In this document: positions 17,178-26,242 of the stretch, piece after piece
How positions within the stretch are numbered: position 1 is the stretch's first letter
How the letters are laid out: the number at the start of each line of letters is the position of its first letter
Source: a virus
Lineage: Duplodnaviria; Heunggongvirae; Uroviricota; Caudoviricetes
IMG/VR virus record: IMGVR_UViG_3300028805_000076
Location: 72,165-120,399 of that record
Length of the DNA stretch: 48,235 nucleotides
Reading direction: 5' to 3' (one strand)
Program-made: the position numbers and the translations under genes
The notes under the pieces: generated by a model
The model's input: the letters and a program-made list of their open reading frames with translations, nothing else
Database searches by the model: none
What the model was told of the DNA's origin: nothing

Positions 17178-18446
17178 TTAATTTTGACTTGGTTTTGTAA
17201 ATGGGCTATCAAAATCAATATTTGAAAAATCAAAATCATCTTCTTCTGCGCCCATATTTGATTGTGGTGGGGTGTTATTGTCCAATTTAGAAACATAATC
17301 ACCCAAATCTTCAAGACCGCACAAATAATGCCCATATTCATCATATACATCATATACGGAAGCTGACACTCGCTTTATTATAAAAGGTATACCTTCATAT
17401 TCTACCTTTATTTTTCTTTCTTTCCCTTCAGAAAATGACATTCCGTAAACCTTGTCAAAGAACAAGCTGCTTATTCTTCCATCAATGTTTATTTTCTTAT
17501 CATATAGTTCTTGACACAATATTCTATATTTATGATGCAATCCAACGACAGCATAACCGTTGCTGAATCCTTCACTTCTGAATTCGTCATAAATGTGCCC
17601 TAAAGCCCTTTCCAAGTCTTCGTTGTTTGCTATTGACTGATAGATATAATTTTCAGTATCTACCTTCTCGAAGGTTTTTCCCATATCAAGAGAAATCGCA
17701 ATTGGGTGACAAGACGAGAAATTATAAACAACGCATACATTTCCATCTCTATTACCAGAGAATATAAGACCTTTTATGAATTGTCTTATATTTGCTCGTT
17801 TGTAGTTTCTCAAGAATTCCCTCCAAGCGATAACTGCCCCACTAGATGTATGTCTACCTTGTGTATAATAATGACCCATTCTACGAATAACATTGTCTGA
17901 ATCACGTAATACTGTAGATAGCAATGTTTGTTGGTTTCTAAGAATATATTTTATTTGGTCTTCTATTGACTTGTCATCGCCATGTGCTGCTCGGCACACC
18001 AATGGGTCAAATATTAAATAATCGCGCAAATCATCTGTACAGATTACCTTCACTATTGCGTGTCCATATTTCCTAGTACCTCCATTTCTGATTGGTTTCC
18101 CATCCAAATCGACAAGCATACCATTTATTTCCTTTCCACATTGATGAGGTGTTCCCCATCCACGACCGTGCAAGTCTTCTTCAGCGTTGTAAACAGATGA
18201 CTTCAATGTGTATGTGGTGTAAATTCCGTCTCCATATCCATTGCCAGTACCAGTGTTAGTAAATTGTCTTCTGTTTCCCATTAAAGCAATGTTTTCCAAT
18301 GCTGATTTTGACTCATTTGCGCAATGGTAAAGATAAAAACCATCAGATGGGTTTTCACTTACCATTTCAATGTTTGCAGTCCTATTTGTGAAATTACCAT
18401 CTTCACAAAGAAGATTTCTTACGGTATTTTCAAATAAATTTTTCAT
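17178..18446 (-). CDS. Putative ADP-ribosyltransferase-fold protein (H-Y type), probable virion-packaged
   Basis: YLYHC...GNGYGDGIYTT...YGHAIVKV...YLIFD...DGNVCVVYN pattern; ATGA overlap with the upstream gene. Confidence 0.55.
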   Translation of the reverse strand: MKNLFENTVRNLLCEDGNFTNRTANIEMVSENPSDGFYLYHCANESKSALENIALMGNRRQFTNTGTGNGYGDGIYTTYTLKSSVYNAEEDLHGRGWGTPHQCGKEINGMLVDLDGKPIRNGGTRKYGHAIVKVICTDDLRDYLIFDPLVCRAAHGDDKSIEDQIKYILRNQQTLLSTVLRDSDNVIRRMGHYYTQGRHTSSGAVIAWREFLRNYKRANIRQFIKGLIFSGNRDGNVCVVYNFSSCHPIAISLDMGKTFEKVDTENYIYQSIANNEDLERALGHIYDEFRSEGFSNGYAVVGLHHKYRILCQELYDKKINIDGRISSLFFDKVYGMSFSEGKERKIKVEYEGIPFIIKRVSASVYDVYDEYGHYLCGLEDLGDYVSKLDNNTPPQSNMGAEEDDFDFSNIDFDSPFTKPSQN

Positions 18447-20086
18447 AATATTCTCTTCAGATAACTCTTAAATGATTCATTTATTTCATTTATTTTTTGC
18501 TTTGCTCTTAATTGCTGCATTTTAAAGAAATTCTCATCAATTCCGCACATTTCCAAGAATTCCTCATATGAAGGTATATAACATAATTCAGAATCTTCGA
18601 TAAGTAGGCTTTCAATCAAAGTACCCTTTATCAAATTTGTCAATGTAACAACAGTGTCATATACCATTATTGACAAATGCTGACTAACCAAGCAATTGTC
18701 TATAAGTTGTTTTGTATTTGTATCGTCACCTCCCATTTTACAACAAAGCAGTGTGATACTAGTGGCCAAACGAGCGTAAGATTCGCGTCCAACTGGAATT
18801 CTTCCTTTAACAAATTTTTCTTTCTGAAGAAGTTCAATCATTGCTATTTCTTTTAGTACGTTAGACAATGATTCTGTAGTAAAATTATGCCTATTGTTTA
18901 TCTGTTCAATCATTGGTACAATTGAATCATATTTGTTTGTATTATGACTTCCGTTTTGTATTACTTTTATTGAAGCAAGAATATTTTGCAAACACTTCTC
19001 TACTTTAGAATTGTTTTCATTAAATGGGTTTGGCGCTTGTTCTGTAGGTTCTTGCTGCTGTTTAGGTACTTCTACATCTTCTGGTTGACGAACCATTGTT
19101 AAATCATTACCAACATTGGTTACTCGTCTTTGATATTTGTCGTGCAGATTAAGCACGTCTTCCATAGGCTGACCGTTGTTGTCGGTCATAAGTTCTGTCT
19201 GACTTTCATCATATACATAACCATATTCCCATTCTCCGTTTGTAGGTGGGGCATTATGGTTTCTACCAACTCTGTTTGCCAAATATCCTCTTGTTCCACC
19301 AGCTTTTAAGTCTCCTACAAAAGACGAATTTGTTATAGCTTCATATCCTGCTGGGTCATTGTATTTGTTTTTATATGGTACTTCAATTACAGCACCAATG
19401 GCATTAGGTATAAGCTTTCTATTGAAATACTTTGCCCAATTCCTTTCTGTACTTACAAATCTTGGTACAATACCTTGTGCTTTATATTGGGCATAAATCA
19501 TTATACTGTTTCTATCGCTGAATTGAACAAATTCCCAACCTTTTTCAGATGCTCCCAACATTCTAATACCTCCGACAAAGTTCTGTAGGAATTTTTTAAC
19601 ATCTTCCTCGCCAAAACGCTTGAACAAATCATCAATGAATTTATCAGTCAATTCTGAAGCTGCGTTATAATCATCTTCTGTTGCTTCGTTTAATATTTGA
19701 TGCTTTACAGATTCTATGTCATACGAATATGGAATCTTCATACCATTTAAAATCTTTACAATACCTTCAGTCCACATCTTGCTATCAAGAAAATCATTAA
19801 CCAAATTAAATAGAACAGCAATATGTAAAGATGGAAATTGGTTGTTACTTGCGTCACCAATTTCAAGATTTATATTTTTTTCCATAACCTTGAACTTGGC
19901 AAGAGTATTTTTACATCTATCCGTTATGGTATTCATCAAAAATGTTAATGCTTTATTTGGATTCTGCCTATAATCTTCATTTGGGTTATCACCTTCATCT
20001 GGTACTGCGACAAATCTTAAATCAGCAAATTTTACTTGCTTTTGAGATTCTGTTTTATGTGAATATCCTGTTAAAATAATATGCAT
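18443..20086 (-). CDS. Protein with ArdC-like (DUF1738) ssDNA-binding domain
   Basis: FSDRNSIMIYAQ...FVSTERNW..YFNRKL..NA...IEVP...YVYDESQTE matches the ArdC-N pattern YS..N..LI..Q...VA...W...R.V......I..P...VFD.SQT; TATTTATA upstream (20115-20108). Confidence 0.6.
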   Translation of the reverse strand: MHIILTGYSHKTESQKQVKFADLRFVAVPDEGDNPNEDYRQNPNKALTFLMNTITDRCKNTLAKFKVMEKNINLEIGDASNNQFPSLHIAVLFNLVNDFLDSKMWTEGIVKILNGMKIPYSYDIESVKHQILNEATEDDYNAASELTDKFIDDLFKRFGEEDVKKFLQNFVGGIRMLGASEKGWEFVQFSDRNSIMIYAQYKAQGIVPRFVSTERNWAKYFNRKLIPNAIGAVIEVPYKNKYNDPAGYEAITNSSFVGDLKAGGTRGYLANRVGRNHNAPPTNGEWEYGYVYDESQTELMTDNNGQPMEDVLNLHDKYQRRVTNVGNDLTMVRQPEDVEVPKQQQEPTEQAPNPFNENNSKVEKCLQNILASIKVIQNGSHNTNKYDSIVPMIEQINNRHNFTTESLSNVLKEIAMIELLQKEKFVKGRIPVGRESYARLATSITLLCCKMGGDDTNTKQLIDNCLVSQHLSIMVYDTVVTLTNLIKGTLIESLLIEDSELCYIPSYEEFLEMCGIDENFFKMQQLRAKQKINEINESFKSYLKRIL

Positions 20087-20193
20087 ATTATATATATTTA
20101 ATATAATTATAAATATTTTAGATAGATAAAAAGTAAAATATATTATATTTTTCAGTATATTATTCTAGTTATAATATATATCATAAATAAGCA

Positions 20194-20631
20194 ATGAAAA
20201 AATATGTTATAAGTTTATTTTTATCAATTTCTTGTATTTTTTCGGTTTATACACAAGATTTTTCAACAAATTTTGGATTAGGATTTGTATACCCTTTTGA
20301 ACGCACATATGTTAATGTAGAGCTGTGCGATAAGATAGCACCAAATTATTCATTGGCATTGTCAGCCGACATCAGCAAAGTAGAAACAAACCTTTCACCA
20401 AAATTAAAAATAAATGTTAAAAACATCTGTTTGGATTTAGGGTTCGGTTGGGGGCATAAATTTGCAAAGGAAAACATAAGTGACCACAACTTTCATACGT
20501 ATACAGTTGGCTTATATTGGCTAAAGAACAGATATTATTTTGGAGGCTCAATGTTTTGGAGGTCATACGAATCGCACATAGGTTTTCACAAAGGAACTTT
20601 AAGATTATGTTTAGGATATAAAATATTATAA
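20194..20631 (+). CDS. Secreted small outer-membrane beta-barrel-like protein
   Basis: Signal peptide MKKYVISLFLSISCIFSVYT|Q, then alternating hydrophobic beta strands (FGLGFVY, LDLGFGWG, YTVGLYW, LRLCLGYKIL). Confidence 0.55.
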   Translation: MKKYVISLFLSISCIFSVYTQDFSTNFGLGFVYPFERTYVNVELCDKIAPNYSLALSADISKVETNLSPKLKINVKNICLDLGFGWGHKFAKENISDHNFHTYTVGLYWLKNRYYFGGSMFWRSYESHIGFHKGTLRLCLGYKIL

Positions 20632-20633
20632 AC

Positions 20634-20672
20634 AAATATCTCATACACAGTTTAATAGTGTATGAGATATTT
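20634..20672. terminator. Bidirectional intrinsic terminator
   Basis: 15-bp inverted repeat aaatatctcatacac / gtgtatgagatattt between convergent genes. Confidence 0.85.
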
Positions 20673-20675
20673 TCA

Positions 20676-21881
20676 TTAATAACTAATATCATCCAAATTT
20701 ACATCACCAAACATATCTGATTGATTTATATTGAATTTCTTTGGAAGTTCAACAAATGGGAATACTGTGTTCAAATATTTTTCAATTCTAATATTCAAGT
20801 CATCTGTCATTGAAGTAGCTTTTGCAATGTCAGCCTTTAATTGACCGTTCTCATATGTATCAAGTGGTTTAACATATTTCAAGAACAAATCCTTGTAAAA
20901 TGGCAGATAATTGTTTCTATCAGCAAATGTACTGAATGGCTGGCTGAATATGTTTGAATTCAATATACCTTTAGTGCTCAAATCTGCCAATGGAGCTTGG
21001 TTTCCGTTTGGCTTAAGCATTTGTTTCACCAAATTTACATTGTTGGAAAACTTATTGGTAAGGTTTGGGCAAATAAAGAACCATTTTACAGTCGCTCTGT
21101 TTGACATTATTTTGAACATAACGTGGAATAAGTCTGGTTCATCATCATCAGTACTCTTGCCTGGAAAATCACAAATGAACACTTGTAATGGGACAGCCTT
21201 TCTCTTTTTACCTTCCCTCGTCACGCCCCCTTTTTTTTTCATCAGATTATCACACAGATAGTTTATTTCTTTTGGAATTACTCTGTCACCCCCAATTGAG
21301 TTGTCATCCCAATTTCTGCAAGCAAGGTTTGGCTCGCTCACAAGTCTGCTTTTCAAATACTTTTGATAAGCTGTCTGATTGTAATTCCATCTATCAATAT
21401 CCTTATTCTCGTATAGTGAAAGATTACCATTTTTGCTAATCTTGTTATAATACCAATCCTTGATGCATTGCTTAAGGAAATTGTCTCTGTTTTTGTGCGT
21501 GACTTTCTTTTCAATTTTCTTTGTTGCGTCTTTCAAAGCTTGATTGAATATGTCATTTACATCGTCTTGCATTTCTTCGGATTCATCATCATCTTCATCA
21601 TCGTCTGCTGGTAAAATATCCTTGAAATGGTCTTGAAGTACATAAAACAAATCAGTATCATCCAAATATTTCTTTGGCTGCTTGAAAGAATCAACCCAAA
21701 TAACTATGTCGTGTAATTTTGGGAACCCATCATCACCAATGGTTGAATTGCTTGCCCTTAAAAAATTTGAGTCAAGGAAATCCTTGACCAATGAAACCTT
21801 ATCACTAAGTCCATTTACCTCTTCTCGGACAAGTTTTTCAACAAGTCTTTTATTTGCTTTTTCGGTTATAATAATTTTCAT
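20676..21881 (-). CDS. Hypothetical protein, probable internal head protein
   Basis: N-terminus MKIIITEKANKRLVEKLVREE; TATTTATA at 21911-21904. Confidence 0.65.
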   Translation of the reverse strand: MKIIITEKANKRLVEKLVREEVNGLSDKVSLVKDFLDSNFLRASNSTIGDDGFPKLHDIVIWVDSFKQPKKYLDDTDLFYVLQDHFKDILPADDDEDDDESEEMQDDVNDIFNQALKDATKKIEKKVTHKNRDNFLKQCIKDWYYNKISKNGNLSLYENKDIDRWNYNQTAYQKYLKSRLVSEPNLACRNWDDNSIGGDRVIPKEINYLCDNLMKKKGGVTREGKKRKAVPLQVFICDFPGKSTDDDEPDLFHVMFKIMSNRATVKWFFICPNLTNKFSNNVNLVKQMLKPNGNQAPLADLSTKGILNSNIFSQPFSTFADRNNYLPFYKDLFLKYVKPLDTYENGQLKADIAKATSMTDDLNIRIEKYLNTVFPFVELPKKFNINQSDMFGDVNLDDISY

Positions 21882-21912
21882 ATTGAATCAACAAATCATT
21901 TTATATAAATAT

Positions 21913-24405
21913 CTAATTAGCTGTAATTGAACTATAATTTAATATGCTAATTTTATCATCAGATACTGACAAATTGAATTCATAACCGTTTTCATAATCA
22001 TTTTCCAATATTTCATTGGTAATCAAGTCCTCTATGTTTTCTTGAATATATCTCAATATTGGTCTTGCTCCATATTCCTTCTGTACCCAACACTTATCAA
22101 CAATCAACTTGACTATACTTTCGTCATACTTGACACCATAACCAATGTCGTTTACTCTCTTAATTACCTTATCAAGCTCAAGTCTGCAAATATCAAACAT
22201 ATTTTCATATGACAAATCGTTAAAATATATGATATTATCAAGTCTATTTAAAAATTCTGGTGCAAATTTATTCTTTATTTCTTTTTCAATGATTGATTTT
22301 GTCTTGCCATTGCTGTCAGATACAAATCCAATTCCTCCACCAAATTCTTGTGCTTGTTTTGTACCAACATTTGATGTCATAAGTATGATTGTGTTCTTAA
22401 AGTCAACAACAACACCGCTATTATCCGTAAGTCTTCCTTCGTCCAAAAGCTGAAGGAATACATTATATACCTCTTGGTCAGCCTTTTCAATCTCATCGAG
22501 AAGTACAACGCAATATTTCTTGTTCTTTACTGCCTCTGTAAGCTGTCCACCGTTATCAAATCCAATATATCCAGGTGCTGCACCAGTTAACTTTGAAACA
22601 CTATTCTTCTCTGAATATTCAGACATATCTATACGAATCAATGAATTCTGACTACCAAATATCTCTTCAGCAATTTTCTTTGCAATGAGTGTCTTTCCGA
22701 CTCCACTCTTTCCGACAAACAGCATTGATGAAATTGGTTTGTTTTTATTGCCAAGCCCAATCTTGTTTCTTTTGATTACCTTGCAAATCTTATCAATAGC
22801 GTCATCTTGCCCAATTACACTTTGTTTCAAGATGTTGCTTATATTCGCAAGCTGTTTCTTTTCATCGATGCTTAATTTTTGTACTGGAATATTTGTTATG
22901 TCGGCTACTGTTTGGTAAACGTCATTAACAGTTATTGTCTTTGTATACTTTGACTTGTTATTTGACATTTCCCTTTCTATTTCGCTTATTTTTTCCTTCA
23001 ATTGGTTCTTTCTGTCAATGATAGATGAAATAGAATCAAATTCTCCTTGTTTGGTCAGATTCTGTCTTTCATTTTCAATGGTATTGAGTTCGTTTTCTAT
23101 ACTCTTAATATCTTTGTTGCAATTTGAGATGTTTGCTCTTGCGCCACATAGGTCTAACACATCAATTGCAGAGTCTGGTAAGCATCTGTCTGTAATATAT
23201 CTTTCAGCCAAAGAGACGCATTTTTCAATCGTATCATCCAAATATTTGACGTTATGGAAATCTTCATAGTAGTATTTGTTCTTCTGTATGATTTCAATTG
23301 TTTCTTCCTTGGTTGTAGGCTCTACAACAACCTTTTGGAATCTTCTGCTAATCATTGTGTTTGACTCGATTGAGTTTCTGTAATCCTTGTATGTGGTTGT
23401 CCCTATTACCTTAACGTCACCATTTGACAATATATCTGTCATCATTGAAGACATATCAGTATCTCTGTCCCTTGTTGTTGATTTGAGTACAGTATGAATA
23501 TCATCAATGAAAAGAATATATTTATCTGACTTTCTGATAGCATCAAATACCATCTTAACCCTTTCTTCGAATGCTCCGCGTAAGTAAGTACCAGCAATAA
23601 GTGAAGATACGTTTAATTGAATGATTCTTTTTCCTTTCATCACATCAGGTACATTACCGTTAACTATTTCATTTGCCAACCCATATACCATTGAAGTTTT
23701 TCCTACACCACCTTTACCAACAATAACAACATTATTCTTGTTTCTTCTTGCAAGGACTTCGATAATGTTTCTCATTTCTCGTTGTCTTCCAATATAGTCA
23801 TCAAAAAGGTTGTTTTCTGCTTGTTTTGTCAAATCCGTAGTAAACATTTCAAGCGGAGATGGTTTGCTTCCAATCAATTCATTCTTGTTTGTTGCATTAT
23901 TATTAATTAATTTCATTGCTTTTTTTGCGGCTTCAGTTGATTTTTTAGTTACGTCCAAGCATTTTGTAAATGCGAAATTGTAGTCAATTCCTATATTTCT
24001 GAAAATTTCAATTAGCTTATTGTGAGAGTTAATTGGATTTATCATAGCTAGCAGCACGTGTTGGCTTCCAATCATCGGACAGTTCATCTGTTCCATTTCA
24101 TATTCTGATTCATCAAAAATATGTTCCAATTCGTCACTTATTTCAATTTCATTTTCCTTTGGTTTATCTATCAGAGGTACGAGACTATCTCTAATATGAG
24201 AAATGAATATATTCTTTATATCCTCAATGCTTTGCGCTCTCATAAAACTACCAAGTAATACATAGGCGTTGCATTTCTTCTTATCCAACAGTGATACAAG
24301 AAAATATTCTGGTGTAATCTTCTTAGTTGGGAATTCTCTAGTAAGTGAGTCTGTCATATATGATAACACATCAGCAAGCTCATTTGTTATTGATTTCATA
24401 TTCAT
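21913..24405 (-). CDS. clpC: ClpA/ClpC-family AAA+ unfoldase
   Basis: N-terminal Clp repeats; NBD1 GKGGVGKT and FIDDIH; RRFQ; YITDRCLPDSAID; NBD2 GKSGVGKT and LLDEIEKA; LTGAAPGYIG; GRLTD; IGF loop; PEFLNRLD; YGARP. Confidence 0.93.
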   Translation of the reverse strand: MNMKSITNELADVLSYMTDSLTREFPTKKITPEYFLVSLLDKKKCNAYVLLGSFMRAQSIEDIKNIFISHIRDSLVPLIDKPKENEIEISDELEHIFDESEYEMEQMNCPMIGSQHVLLAMINPINSHNKLIEIFRNIGIDYNFAFTKCLDVTKKSTEAAKKAMKLINNNATNKNELIGSKPSPLEMFTTDLTKQAENNLFDDYIGRQREMRNIIEVLARRNKNNVVIVGKGGVGKTSMVYGLANEIVNGNVPDVMKGKRIIQLNVSSLIAGTYLRGAFEERVKMVFDAIRKSDKYILFIDDIHTVLKSTTRDRDTDMSSMMTDILSNGDVKVIGTTTYKDYRNSIESNTMISRRFQKVVVEPTTKEETIEIIQKNKYYYEDFHNVKYLDDTIEKCVSLAERYITDRCLPDSAIDVLDLCGARANISNCNKDIKSIENELNTIENERQNLTKQGEFDSISSIIDRKNQLKEKISEIEREMSNNKSKYTKTITVNDVYQTVADITNIPVQKLSIDEKKQLANISNILKQSVIGQDDAIDKICKVIKRNKIGLGNKNKPISSMLFVGKSGVGKTLIAKKIAEEIFGSQNSLIRIDMSEYSEKNSVSKLTGAAPGYIGFDNGGQLTEAVKNKKYCVVLLDEIEKADQEVYNVFLQLLDEGRLTDNSGVVVDFKNTIILMTSNVGTKQAQEFGGGIGFVSDSNGKTKSIIEKEIKNKFAPEFLNRLDNIIYFNDLSYENMFDICRLELDKVIKRVNDIGYGVKYDESIVKLIVDKCWVQKEYGARPILRYIQENIEDLITNEILENDYENGYEFNLSVSDDKISILNYSSITAN

Positions 24406-24524
24406 AATCGTTATATTACATATAAATAATAAGAAAATATATCAGCTTTTTCAATAACAGATAAAAATGTATTTAAAATTTGTTAAAATTAATTTTTTTT
24501 TATAAAATACAAAAAAACATATTT

Positions 24525-24875
24525 ATGGGTAAAATTTTATCAATTTATAGTAACAACAAGGATAGAGCGTGGTTTGATTCTAGTAACGTTCTTTACGCTG
24601 AATGCGATGACAAAACAAATGATTTAAAAGAAGTTAAGGTTGTGTTCAAGAACGGTGGCACGTACCTTTATCATAAAGTTAAAGTTAACGACTGGCTTAT
24701 GTTCAGAGAATCAGCATCAATAGGAAAAGGATTCAATGCATATATCAAACCATATGAATACGAAAAGGTGGAAAGCGACAGAAGTGTCGATGACATCAAG
24801 AATGAGCTTTCAACTATATTGGAAAGCATAAATAATGAGACTGATAATACTGTGGAAGATGGCAATGCAGATTGA
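24525..24875 (+). CDS. KTSC-domain protein
   Basis: DSSNV...VVFKNGGTYLYHKV....W..F..SASIGK.FN.YIK matches the KTSC pattern. ATG at 24525. Confidence 0.75.
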   Translation: MGKILSIYSNNKDRAWFDSSNVLYAECDDKTNDLKEVKVVFKNGGTYLYHKVKVNDWLMFRESASIGKGFNAYIKPYEYEKVESDRSVDDIKNELSTILESINNETDNTVEDGNAD

Positions 24876-25056
24876 TGAAATTAGGGTTATAAGCGACTTG
24901 ATAAAGGTTACATATGACAATGATACTCATGTACTTACAATATCGTCAGATTTAAACCCAACGATAATAGACAAGAACTTTAATGAATTAGAGGATAAAC
25001 TGAATTCTCTTAATGCAAAGGTTAATAAATTACTTTTTAATTACACTACATTATGA
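24865..25056 (+). CDS. Hypothetical protein (63 aa)
   Basis: ATG24865 overlaps the previous stop, and its own stop overlaps the thyA start (ATGA). Confidence 0.6.
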   Translation: MQIDEIRVISDLIKVTYDNDTHVLTISSDLNPTIIDKNFNELEDKLNSLNAKVNKLLFNYTTL

Positions 25057-26207
25057 ACAATGTTGATAAACAATATTTGGATTTATATAACGATATTTGG
25101 GCAAATGGTACTACAAAAGAATCAAGAAGTGGTGACGTGAAGTCTGTTTTCGGAAGACAACTTAGGTTTAATTTGGAAGAAGGATTGCCGATACTTACAA
25201 CAAAGAAGGTATATACAAAAGGAATTATACACGAGCTGTTGTGGTTCTTAAAAGGAGATACAAACATAAAGTATTTGGTTGAAAACAAAGTTTATATTTG
25301 GAATGCTGATGCTTATAGGTTCTATTGTGAAAAAGTTAAAAAGCATAATGAGATTTTACAAGAATACAAAACCAACAAAATGTTTGCTGAATATTCCACA
25401 ATTGAAACTGATACAGAGGGAGATTTTATCAAAAACGTTTTGGAACAGAAACGTATTTTCTTGATTGATAAGCCTTATGAGTTCGATACCGCAAAATATA
25501 ATTACACATATGGCGATTTAGGTCCAGTGTATGGAAAACAGTGGAGGGCTTTCGATAATAAAGTAGACCAAATAAACAAGTTGATTGAAACGCTTAAAAA
25601 TAATCCAGAGGATAGGAGAATGCTTTGCATTGCATTTAATCCAACAGTAGCTGATGAGGTGGCTTTACCTCCTTGCCACGTTATGTTTCAATTATATACA
25701 AAAAAAATAACAGACCATGAACGTTTAGAAAATGCGTTAAAATATGGATATGTTGATAAGGATGTTTACGAAGAATTAGTCAAAGAGCATGTTTCACTAA
25801 TATGCGCTAGGAATAATTCAAAAGAAGATTATGAAAATTTCCACAAAAAAATGGATGATTTAAACATACCTCGATACAAGTTAAGCCTTATGTGGTATCA
25901 AAGAAGTGTAGACTTTGGTTTGGGATTACCATTTAACATAACATCTTATGCAATATTAACTCATATATTTGCAAAATTAGCTAATATGATACCAGATGAG
26001 CTTATTGGTTCACTTGGAGATTGTCATATTTATTTTAACCAAAGGTATGGATTAATGAACCAGTTAGGACGTGAGGGGTATGATACGTTGCCCACATTGG
26101 TTATCGAAGGTAATCAAACAAAAATTGAGGATTTTAAGTATGATGATTTTAAAATCGTTAATTATTTGTGTGAAAAACCAGTAAAAATGCCATTAAGCGT
26201 TGGCTAA
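25053..26207 (+). CDS. thyA: Thymidylate synthase with insertions
   Basis: ELLWFLKG, DLGPVYGKQWR, LPPCH (catalytic Cys), YQRSVD, LPFN, GDCHIY. Confidence 0.95.
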   Translation: MNNVDKQYLDLYNDIWANGTTKESRSGDVKSVFGRQLRFNLEEGLPILTTKKVYTKGIIHELLWFLKGDTNIKYLVENKVYIWNADAYRFYCEKVKKHNEILQEYKTNKMFAEYSTIETDTEGDFIKNVLEQKRIFLIDKPYEFDTAKYNYTYGDLGPVYGKQWRAFDNKVDQINKLIETLKNNPEDRRMLCIAFNPTVADEVALPPCHVMFQLYTKKITDHERLENALKYGYVDKDVYEELVKEHVSLICARNNSKEDYENFHKKMDDLNIPRYKLSLMWYQRSVDFGLGLPFNITSYAILTHIFAKLANMIPDELIGSLGDCHIYFNQRYGLMNQLGREGYDTLPTLVIEGNQTKIEDFKYDDFKIVNYLCEKPVKMPLSVG

Positions 26208-26242
26208 CTTTAAGGACGAATAATATATTTATAATATATAAT

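Noticed and set aside
25053-26207. dCMP hydroxymethylase or other base-modifying ThyA paralogue
   Set aside because: The specificity residue is Asn (LPFN), as in dUMP-specific thymidylate synthases, and all ThyA motifs are intact.
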